This document shows, one piece after another, positions 7,860 through 15,344 of a DNA stretch of 22,044 nt. This DNA is from Myxococcota bacterium. GTDB lineage: Bacteria > Myxococcota > XYA12-FULL-58-9 > JALHOP01. The position numbers and the translations under genes were made by a program. The number at the start of each line of letters is the position of its first letter. The first letter of the stretch is position 1. A model generated the notes under the pieces. It saw nothing but the letters and a program-made list of their open reading frames with translations. It made no database searches and was not told where the DNA came from. The stretch lies in NCBI GenBank assembly GCA_041288095.1, contig JBGGMJ010000137.1:1-22044 (forward strand). The letters are read 5' to 3'.

Positions 7860-9616
7860 TTCACGCGAACGTCGAAGGACAGCTTCCAGCGTTGCTCATC
7901 GGCGACGGCTTCCATCTCGAGCGTGCCGAGCTCCGTGAGCCGGGCGTGCAAGCGCACCTCGACGGCTTGGCCGGCGGGGCGGTTCGCATCCTCGAAGGTC
8001 GTCTCGATGGGCGATAGCTCGGTGAGCTCCGACGGATCGACGACCTCGCCGACTTTGTCCTCGCCGCGCGTCGACGAGCCGAAGAAACGGAACGCCACGG
8101 GCTCGCCAACGATGAGGCCGAGCGGCGTAGGTAACGTCGCTTCCGTGCCCTCTTCCATGCCGAAAGGCGCGACGCACAAGGCGTCGAGCTTCGGCGGCAC
8201 ACCCGGCACCGCGAGCTCGGCGCGCTCGATGCCCACATAGTAGGCCTGCGCCGTGCCACCACGGATACGAACTCCGCCGTCGCGGACAATGCGCGCGTAG
8301 TAAGCGGCGCCGCGGCAAACAGCGAGATCGGGGTCGACGCCCGAGAGCACCTTCGGCGCGGGAGCGCCCGCTGCCTTGGCCCAGCTTTGGAGAACGGCGT
8401 GCAGACGATCGCGCAGCACCGGTGAGCGGGTGACGCCGCCGTTGAAGAGGATGGCGCTCGGGTTGCGCTGCTCGCCGTCGCGGCCGAGGAAGGCGGCAAG
8501 ATGGCGGGTGACCGCGGCGTCGCTCGCGTAGGGCAGGCCGAGAGTCGTGAGACCGGCGCGACGCGGAGCTTGCGGCCGCGCGCCGGCATCGACGATGGGA
8601 AAGAAGCCTTCGAGCAAGACGCTCTCGAGCTCGGCGCGGCGCAGCGCGGTCGTGATGGTGCCGCCGACGAGCTTGCTGCTGCGACCAGGGACGACGAGCG
8701 GCTGTGAGTCGCTGTCACTGCCGCCGAGCATGGTCTCCTTGGCGGCGCGGCAGGCGTAGGTCAACGCGCGCATCTGCCAGTCGTCGAGCTTGGTGCCTTC
8801 GTTCTCGAGGCGCGCCCGCACCGTGTAAGCGAGCGCCAGGTCCATGTTGTCGCCGCCGAGCAAGATATGGTCGCCGACCGCGACGCGATGCAGCTCGAGG
8901 TTACCCTCGGTCTCGCGCACTTCGATGAGCGAGAAGTCGGTGGTGCCGCCACCGATGTCGCAGACCAGGATCGTGTCGCCGACCTTGAGCTCGGAGCGCC
9001 AATCGGCGCCCTTGTCGGCGAGCCAAGCGTACAGAGCGGCTTGCGGTTCCTCGAGTAGACGGAGGTTCGCCGGGAGACCAGCGCGTTGCGCCGCGGCGGC
9101 GGTGAGCTCGCGCGCCACCGCGTCGAACGACGCGGGTACCGTGAGCACCACGTCTTGCTCGGCGAGCGACGCGGTCGGGTGCTGGGCGTCCCAGGCGGCC
9201 TTGAGGTGCGAGAGGTAGCGCGCCGACACGTCGACCGGCGAGAGCTTCGGCACTTCTTCGGGGGCTTGCCACGGCAGGATGGGACCGTTGCGGTCCGCTC
9301 CCGCGTACGACAGCCAGCTCTTCGCCGAAGAAATGAGACGCGCGGGGGTCGTCGAGCCCTGCGAACGCGCGAACGCGCCAGCGAGCTGCTGCGCCTCGCC
9401 CCACGGCAAACGCAGCGAGCCTGCGGGAAATTGGCCGTCCGCTGGAACGAACAGGAACGACGGCAAGAGCGGACGCGCCGCGACTTCGCCGGTGGCGACG
9501 ACCTGCGGCACCGCCATCACTTCGGGCTTTTCCACCGCGTTCTTGCCCAGCGGCGCGGCAGCGAGAGCGCTGTTGGTCGTCCCGAGATCGATGCCGATGG
9601 CGAAGGTCGCGCTCAC
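7856..9616 (-). CDS. Atypical Hsp70-family protein
   Basis: GIDLGTTNS, VVLTVPASFD, LEEPQAA, VCDIGGGTTDFS, LGGDNMD and ILFNGG; short beta C-domain ending WKLSFDVR; GTGA and ATGA overlaps with both neighbours. Confidence 0.9.
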   Translation of the reverse strand: MSATFAIGIDLGTTNSALAAAPLGKNAVEKPEVMAVPQVVATGEVAARPLLPSFLFVPADGQFPAGSLRLPWGEAQQLAGAFARSQGSTTPARLISSAKSWLSYAGADRNGPILPWQAPEEVPKLSPVDVSARYLSHLKAAWDAQHPTASLAEQDVVLTVPASFDAVARELTAAAAQRAGLPANLRLLEEPQAALYAWLADKGADWRSELKVGDTILVCDIGGGTTDFSLIEVRETEGNLELHRVAVGDHILLGGDNMDLALAYTVRARLENEGTKLDDWQMRALTYACRAAKETMLGGSDSDSQPLVVPGRSSKLVGGTITTALRRAELESVLLEGFFPIVDAGARPQAPRRAGLTTLGLPYASDAAVTRHLAAFLGRDGEQRNPSAILFNGGVTRSPVLRDRLHAVLQSWAKAAGAPAPKVLSGVDPDLAVCRGAAYYARIVRDGGVRIRGGTAQAYYVGIERAELAVPGVPPKLDALCVAPFGMEEGTEATLPTPLGLIVGEPVAFRFFGSSTRGEDKVGEVVDPSELTELSPIETTFEDANRPAGQAVEVRLHARLTELGTLEMEAVADEQRWKLSFDVRVK

Positions 9617-10197
9617 AGCTCGACCTCGGCCGGCGCGATGACCTTGGGATCGTGGCCGTTAGTGAGCGTAGGCAGCTTGATGGTCGCGACCTGCCAGCCG
9701 TGATGGGTGAGCTTGCCCTTGAACGGCGGCTCGCCGACGACGTTGCCGGTCAAGCGCGTGCGCCCGGCGTCGAAGCCGCGATCGAGCACGACGGCGGCGC
9801 CTTCGGGCTCACGGCGCACCGGCTCCAGCACCACATAGTCCGCAAGAGCGCGCTTGCAGCCCGCGTGCACGACGCGCGCCGCGGCGCCGACTTGAGCGTC
9901 GGAGAACGAGCCTACGTCTTCTTGGAGGAAGTCGATGAAGCGGCCTTCGCGCTGCATGATCGACAGCAACTGCATCGCCGGTGACGCATCGGGAACGGCG
10001 GCCACGGGAGCGGCATCGATGATCTTCACCGCGGACAGAGAGGTCTCGGTGGCGGCGGAGCTCGGCGCGCTGGTGGTCGCGTCGAGGCCGAGGCGTGCAC
10101 GCTGCACGCGCGCCGCGGTGCGGCCGTTGAAGAGGACGATCCACGGCAAGATGAAGGCGAGCCAAAGGCGCGCGAAGAAGCCCATAGAGGTTTGCAT
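9613..10197 (-). CDS. DUF2760-family protein with N-terminal hydrophobic anchor
   Basis: AMQLLSIMQREGRFIDFLQED...SDAQVGAAARVVHAGC...GFD....RLTGNVVG.PPF.G.L.H.GW...APAEVEL; start chosen at ATG 10197 (MQTSMGFFARLWLAFILPW) instead of the ORF-track 10278. Confidence 0.85.
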   Translation of the reverse strand: MQTSMGFFARLWLAFILPWIVLFNGRTAARVQRARLGLDATTSAPSSAATETSLSAVKIIDAAPVAAVPDASPAMQLLSIMQREGRFIDFLQEDVGSFSDAQVGAAARVVHAGCKRALADYVVLEPVRREPEGAAVVLDRGFDAGRTRLTGNVVGEPPFKGKLTHHGWQVATIKLPTLTNGHDPKVIAPAEVEL

Positions 10198-10263
10198 GGC
10201 AGTCGTTTCCAGCGAGCAAACAAGATGTGGCTCGCCGACGCCCAATGCCACTCGGACGTCACG

Positions 10264-10279
10264 GTTGCAATGTCGCAAC
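10264..10279. promoter_or_regulatory. Inverted repeat GTTGC-N6-GCAAC upstream of the DUF2760-Hsp70 operon; candidate operator
   Basis: GTTGC AATGTC GCAAC lies in the ~90-bp gap between the orphan stop (10288) and the DUF2760 start (10197). Confidence 0.25.
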
Positions 10280-10287
10280 GACCCCGG

Positions 10288-11121
10288 CTACGGGCCGGCG
10301 CGCAGCTCGGACGCGGGGGCGGGCGTCAAGCGATTGACCGCCGCCATGACCTCGCCATCGACGTGTCTCAGGGCGTCTGGCCGCTCGCGCAGCGCTGTCC
10401 AGACGGCTTCCGCGTGCGCCCGCGTGTGCGTGCCCGCGGGAACGTCTTTCCTCCAGAAGTCGTTGATGTTGCCGGCGACCTGTTGTGGAGTCGCTCGCGT
10501 CGCCTCGGGCGTGGCCCGCACCGGACGGTCCCGCTCGACCGCGGCAGGCCGAGGCTCGCGGCGAGGCTGAGCCCGTGCACGACGCTCGGCCCCAGGGCGC
10601 GCCCCGGCCCTTACTCCCCGAGGGTCGCCACCGGGCGCAGTCGGCGCCGGACGCTGATTGCGTGGCGGACGCTGAGTACGCGGAGGCCGTCCGCCCGGCG
10701 CGGGCTGCTCGGGCGTGGGAGCGCCATTCGCCCGCATCGCTTGACCGAGGATCTGGTTGAGCGGCGCCCTCTCGAGCTGCTGCGCCGCGCGCGGATTCGT
10801 CTGCTTGATGTGATCGAGGAGCGCCTTGCGGGCAGCCGTCAGGGAAATGTTGTTCTGGTTGTCGCGCAGCTCGCCGATTGCTTGGTCATTCAGACCGGCG
10901 GCGCGTAACGCGCTGATCAGCTTGTCGTTGGGACTCTCGCCCGGCTGCTGCTGCAAAAGTTGCTCGAGCGCTTGCTGGGCCCGCTGCTCCGTTTGAGCGG
11001 ATGGCCTCACTCCGCCGAGCAAGGCGGCCCGTGTCTGCTCGGGCCGGTCAGGCGCGCGCGTCGACGGAGGCAATTCTGGAGATAACCCACTGAAGGGAGC
11101 TCGGCCTTCTACAGCAGTCAT
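10288..11121 (-). CDS. Hypothetical protein: helical N-domain, Pro/Arg-rich disordered linker, small C-domain
   Basis: GGAGG RBS upstream of ATG 11121; GC-rich third positions through the body; Q-rich helices (QRAQQALEQLLQQQ) and PPRTQRPPRNQRP mini-repeats. Confidence 0.7.
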   Translation of the reverse strand: MTAVEGRAPFSGLSPELPPSTRAPDRPEQTRAALLGGVRPSAQTEQRAQQALEQLLQQQPGESPNDKLISALRAAGLNDQAIGELRDNQNNISLTAARKALLDHIKQTNPRAAQQLERAPLNQILGQAMRANGAPTPEQPAPGGRPPRTQRPPRNQRPAPTAPGGDPRGVRAGARPGAERRARAQPRREPRPAAVERDRPVRATPEATRATPQQVAGNINDFWRKDVPAGTHTRAHAEAVWTALRERPDALRHVDGEVMAAVNRLTPAPASELRAGP

Positions 11122-11206
11122 GATGACCCGCCTCCACCAAGAGGGACGTCAGATGACGACATACACGAGGTAGGTTTGCGTGGGTTGGTGGGCAGCGGTG
11201 GCGCGC

Positions 11207-11755
11207 TCATCGGAGACGATGCTGCGGCCGTGTCCCCACTCCCGCCATGCGACCGTTGTCGCGTGGCTCGATGCCGGTGAGGCGTTGCTGCCTAGCGCCG
11301 GTCGCCTCGGGATTCCCCTGCTCTGCAGGAGGTTTCCAGCTGCCCGCGGTCTGGCGCGCGTTGGCCATGCCGAGCAGCTCGGTGAGGCTTGCGGCGCGCG
11401 TCGTGTCGGCGCCGGCGCCACGGTCCTGGCCGACGATCGCTTCGGCGAGGTTGCTCCTGAGCGCGTTGAGGTCGGGGTTGCCCTGTGCGTCCTTGGGCAT
11501 CGGTATGCCGAGCTGCTGCAGCCTCTCGCCGAGCTTGGTTTGCAGGGTTTGCATGCCCTGCTGCGTGTTCAGATCGGTGCCGGCGGGGATCCCTAGCGCT
11601 TTCATGAGGGTTTCGCGCGCGGCCGGCGTGTCGGCCCCGAGCCGGCCTAGGAGCTCGGCTCCCGGGCCTGGCTGAGCGCCATTCGCGCCCGGACCCGGAC
11701 CACGACCGGCAACCGGCGCGTTTTGCTGCGGAACCGCTCCAAAGTCGAGAGCCAT
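11207..11755 (-). CDS. Hypothetical G/P/Q-rich protein (182 aa)
   Basis: Starts 33 bp after the STAND gene stop; best codon bias of the overlapping frames; disordered termini around a helical core (PAARETLMKALGIP...LQTKLGERLQQLGIP). Confidence 0.7.
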   Translation of the reverse strand: MALDFGAVPQQNAPVAGRGPGPGANGAQPGPGAELLGRLGADTPAARETLMKALGIPAGTDLNTQQGMQTLQTKLGERLQQLGIPMPKDAQGNPDLNALRSNLAEAIVGQDRGAGADTTRAASLTELLGMANARQTAGSWKPPAEQGNPEATGARQQRLTGIEPRDNGRMAGVGTRPQHRLR

Positions 11756-11788
11756 GGCGGGTACATACCCACATGGCGTCGGACCAGG

Positions 11789-14700
11789 CTAAGCCAGCCG
11801 AAACGCCTGGCCACGACCGGCGCGCACGGCCTCGATGAGGCCCGCGGCGATCAGCTGATCGAGCTCTTTCTTGGCGACGTTACGCGGCACGGCAAACTCG
11901 TCTTGCACGGCCTGCAAAGCCACGGTGCCCATGCGGCGCATCAGTCGGAGAATTTTTTGCTGCTGGGCGCTGAGCGAGCCGGCGGCGATCGACGTCGGCA
12001 CGACCACGCAGAAGGTCTTCGGCGGCACGAGCTTCACTTCTTTGGTGGTGCTCGCCAGCTTGATGGACTTCACGTCCTTCTGCAGATCCTTGATGACGCC
12101 GCCGAGCTTCTTGGCATCGCCACCTTCACCGAACACAGCCGCGGCGGCGTCGGCGAGGGACAGCCCCTTGGGGAACGCGACGACGAGCTCGCGCAGGAGC
12201 GATTCGGCCTCGCGACTCGAGAAGCTGACCGCTTTACCGGACTGCTGGTAGCGCTGGGTCTGGACGTCGACGAAGAGCTCGTAGCTCGCGGGCTCGAGCC
12301 ATGCGAGGCGCTCGGTGCCCATGGTGGTCTCGGCCTTGGCGGTGCGCACGTGCGAGCGATCGCGCGGCGGCAGTGCCAGGGCTTCGATGCTCGCGACCAA
12401 CATCTCGCGCTGGTGCGGAGCGACTTGCGAGCCAGCTTGGATCCAGCGCTCACGACGCTCGCGCGCCGCTTCTTTTTCACCGGCCACCGAAGCGAGAGCT
12501 TCCCCGAAGCGATACATGAGGGCGACGGTGCCGGGAGCGACCTGGCCGTCTTTGACTTCGCGGAAGCAGCGGAGCGCCGCATCAGGACGGCCGCGGCGCA
12601 ACAACGCGACGCCGGTGAGGATGATTGAGCGGATGCGCACGTCGCGGATCTCGAGCTTCTCGGCGGTCTCGCTGACCTTCGGGCCCAAGCGCACCGCGCC
12701 GGCGAGATCTCCCGCGACGACGAGAGCGCGCACGTGCATTTCGGCCGCGTGCAGGGCACCGACCTCATCGCCCAGGCGACGCAAGCCCTGCATCGCTTCC
12801 TTCGAGAGATTGACGGCGGCTTTGGCGTCACCGCGTACCAAGGCGAGGCGCGATTGCATCTCTTGCGAAAGCGCGATGGCGCGCTCGTGCTTGATTTGCT
12901 TGGCCAGGGCCACGGCTTCGTCGGCACGCTCGCTCGCCAGCTCGAAGTTTGCTTCTTCGTAGGCGGCCTGGGCGATGCGATGCAGCGTCAGCGCCTCTTC
13001 GCGGCGATTGCCGCCGGCTTGGAGGAGCTTGCGGGCGTCGGCGAGCTGCGCCTGAGCGCGCTTGACGTCGCCACGACGCATCATGAGCAGTGCGCTTTCG
13101 CGGAGGAAGACGGCGACACGCGGACCTGCGCTGGCGCGATCGAGACGCTCGAGCGCGTCCTTGATGATGGCTTCGGCTTCGTCGGTGCGGCCCAACGCCA
13201 TGAGCACGCGGACTTGCTGAGCGCGGAGCACGTCGGCGATGTTGGGATTGCCGGCTTCGTCCCAGGCCTTCACGACCTCGCCGTACACCTTCGCGGCCTC
13301 TTCGTTTTGACCGCGGCCGGCGAGGAGCTTGGCGCGCGCGACGTCGAGGTAGCGCAGCAAGCGGCGCGTGCCTGGGCCCATGTTGGCTTCGACGTGAGCG
13401 ATGGCCTTGCCGGCGCTCGTGAGGTCGCCGATGTCGAGCGCGACCCAAGCATCGGCGAGCTCGGCGATCTGGACCTGCGAGCGGTCACCCGACTGCGTGG
13501 CGAGCTCGTGGAACTTCTTGAAGGCGGTACGCGCGGCGTCGAACTCGCCGACTTCACGGTAGAGATCGCCGATGCCGCCGTAGGCCGCGGCCGCGTGGTA
13601 GAGGTCGCCCGCGGCTTCGAACGCTTTGGCGGACAGCTGCGCTTCCTTGACGGCGTCGTCGAGTCGGCCCGAGCTGGCGTAGATGCGCGCGAGCATGCGG
13701 CGGAGCTCGGCTTCTTTCGCCGGCTCCTTCTTGAGCTTACCCAGCAAGGATTTGACGAGCTTCTCGGCGTCGACCACCTTGTCGAGCTGCACCATGGCCG
13801 AAGCCGCCAGAGCCGCGGCGCCGGCGATGAGCTCGGGCTCGGCGGCGCTGCGCTTCAATGCTTCGTAGTCGCGGATGACGCCGGCGTGATCACCGATGTG
13901 GGCGTGGATGTCCGCTAAAGCGGCCAAGGCGCGTTGCTTGGTCCAGGTGTCGCGCTCTTCGGAGAGCTTCTCCATCTCCTCGCGCACCACGCTGGGCGCG
14001 CCTTGGCGCATGCGGGCGCGGGCGGAGAGCAGACGCAGGCGCTTGTCGAGCGCGCCGGTGGCGGGCATCGAGGCGATGGCTTTGAGATACGCCTCGACGA
14101 AGCCGAGGTCGCAGACCGGCTCCCAGCCTTCGGCGAGGATATCGACCGCGGTGGCGGCGTCACCGGAGCGCGCGAGGATCTCGGCGGCACGAAGGATGAG
14201 CGGCGGTTCATTGCGCTCGCGGCCACGTGTTTCGAAGTGCTTGGCGATGATCTTGGCGTTCGCCGGCGAGAGCTGGGTCTCGCCCTGCAGGGTCGAAGCG
14301 ACGAGATCGTGCACCATGACGTCGCCGTCGATGACATCGACGAGGTTGCGCTTGATGAGGCTCGCGACTGGTGCGCCGAAGATCTTGATGGCGACTTCTT
14401 TTTCGAGCGCCTGGCCGACGCTAGCGATGCCGAGCAAGGCCTCGCGCTCCTTGTCGTCGAGCCGCTTGTCGAAGCCGCTGCCCTCGCCCTCGACGCCGGC
14501 CATCAAGGCCTTGAAGGCGTTCACCGAGCGCGCCGACTGGATGTCGAGGAAGGACTTTGGCGGCAGACCCTCTCCGCGCAGCGCCAGCATGTAGCGCAGG
14601 GTCAAAGGATGCGCGACGCAGCCACCACGTGCGGCGTCGTGCATGATCGCTTCGGCCGATTCACCCGTGACCCTGTTGGAGGCGATGATCTGCTTCACTT

Positions 14701-15211
14701 CGTCGATGTTGAGCGGCCCAACCCGATCGAGGTGCATGTCCATCTTGTCGATGGCCGACAGCTCGGGATCGCCACGCATGGCGCCGATGATGCGCGCGGC
14801 GGGACGCTTGCCGCGACTCGAACGTACGAGAGCGAGGAGCTCTTCGCGGCGCAGATTCTGGAGATCGTCCAGAATAACCGAGGTCTTGGCCTGTTCGAGC
14901 GTCAACCAGAGACGCGAATAAGGGTCGCTCGAGCGATCGCGGATGACGGAGGTTGGACGATTGAGCCTGGCCTCGACGCGTGCCAAGATCGAGGTCATCG
15001 TCTCGTTGGGCCATACCGGCAGATACAAGGTGCGGTTCGCACCGACCGCTTTGGTCTCCTGGCCGAGCCGGAGCGCCAAGCTGGTCTTTCCGATCCCGGA
15101 AATGCCTTCGTAAACGAAGACGTTGTAATGCTCTAGCCGGGTGCGGAATCGAGTGAGATGGTCGTTACGACCGACGAAGCCAGCAGGAGGTGTCGCGAAG
15201 TTGTTGGCCAT
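11789..15211 (-). CDS. STAND-class (NLR-like) ATPase with TPR superhelix and C-terminal winged-helix domains; probable transcriptional regulator
   Basis: PAGFVGR, Walker A GISGIGKT (aa 36-43), Walker B VILDD, GxP-like VAHPLTL and MHD-like MVHDLV; MalT-type TPRs (AAAAYGGIGDLYREVGEFDAARTAFKK); OmpR-like and DeoR-like wHTH at the C-terminus. Confidence 0.85.
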   Translation of the reverse strand: MANNFATPPAGFVGRNDHLTRFRTRLEHYNVFVYEGISGIGKTSLALRLGQETKAVGANRTLYLPVWPNETMTSILARVEARLNRPTSVIRDRSSDPYSRLWLTLEQAKTSVILDDLQNLRREELLALVRSSRGKRPAARIIGAMRGDPELSAIDKMDMHLDRVGPLNIDEVKQIIASNRVTGESAEAIMHDAARGGCVAHPLTLRYMLALRGEGLPPKSFLDIQSARSVNAFKALMAGVEGEGSGFDKRLDDKEREALLGIASVGQALEKEVAIKIFGAPVASLIKRNLVDVIDGDVMVHDLVASTLQGETQLSPANAKIIAKHFETRGRERNEPPLILRAAEILARSGDAATAVDILAEGWEPVCDLGFVEAYLKAIASMPATGALDKRLRLLSARARMRQGAPSVVREEMEKLSEERDTWTKQRALAALADIHAHIGDHAGVIRDYEALKRSAAEPELIAGAAALAASAMVQLDKVVDAEKLVKSLLGKLKKEPAKEAELRRMLARIYASSGRLDDAVKEAQLSAKAFEAAGDLYHAAAAYGGIGDLYREVGEFDAARTAFKKFHELATQSGDRSQVQIAELADAWVALDIGDLTSAGKAIAHVEANMGPGTRRLLRYLDVARAKLLAGRGQNEEAAKVYGEVVKAWDEAGNPNIADVLRAQQVRVLMALGRTDEAEAIIKDALERLDRASAGPRVAVFLRESALLMMRRGDVKRAQAQLADARKLLQAGGNRREEALTLHRIAQAAYEEANFELASERADEAVALAKQIKHERAIALSQEMQSRLALVRGDAKAAVNLSKEAMQGLRRLGDEVGALHAAEMHVRALVVAGDLAGAVRLGPKVSETAEKLEIRDVRIRSIILTGVALLRRGRPDAALRCFREVKDGQVAPGTVALMYRFGEALASVAGEKEAARERRERWIQAGSQVAPHQREMLVASIEALALPPRDRSHVRTAKAETTMGTERLAWLEPASYELFVDVQTQRYQQSGKAVSFSSREAESLLRELVVAFPKGLSLADAAAAVFGEGGDAKKLGGVIKDLQKDVKSIKLASTTKEVKLVPPKTFCVVVPTSIAAGSLSAQQQKILRLMRRMGTVALQAVQDEFAVPRNVAKKELDQLIAAGLIEAVRAGRGQAFRLA

Positions 15212-15344
15212 CTAAACGGCCATCCTGGCGAAAAGGGCTCTCAAGGTACGAAAGAGACCACACTGTGGGGCCCGGGTTTTGGTACTCTTAGTCCAACCTT
15301 CGCGACCAAGGCAATTTTTTTGCCGTTTTTGAGGACCAACCAGC
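15212..15344. promoter_or_regulatory. Divergent promoter region between the STAND regulator and the DUF4175 operon
   Basis: 133-bp locally AT-rich gap between head-to-head genes; inverted repeat GGCAA-TTTTT-TTGCC at 15310-15324. Confidence 0.5.

Noticed and set aside
5322..8240. 972-aa + strand ORF
   Set aside because: Antisense shadow of the Hsp70 genes; long stop-free reverse frames are expected in high-GC coding DNA and the translation has no motifs.
5148..9616. Naming the Hsp70s dnaK/hscA/hscC
   Set aside because: They lack the canonical substrate-binding domain and lid, and no dnaJ/grpE/isc context is present.
10198..10278. N-terminal extension of DUF2760 from the ORF-track start
   Set aside because: The 27-aa extension is not protein-like and overlaps the likely regulatory gap; ATG 10197 directly precedes the hydrophobic anchor.
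11723..15136. Chain of 300-400-aa + strand ORFs (11723, 12734, 13934)
   Set aside because: Antisense to the STAND gene with typical shadow composition.
11789..15211. Avs-type antiphage NLR or amyloid-signalling NLR
   Set aside because: No N-terminal nuclease/TIR/SIR2/protease effector and no room for an N-terminal amyloid motif; the C-terminal wHTHs point to transcriptional regulation.
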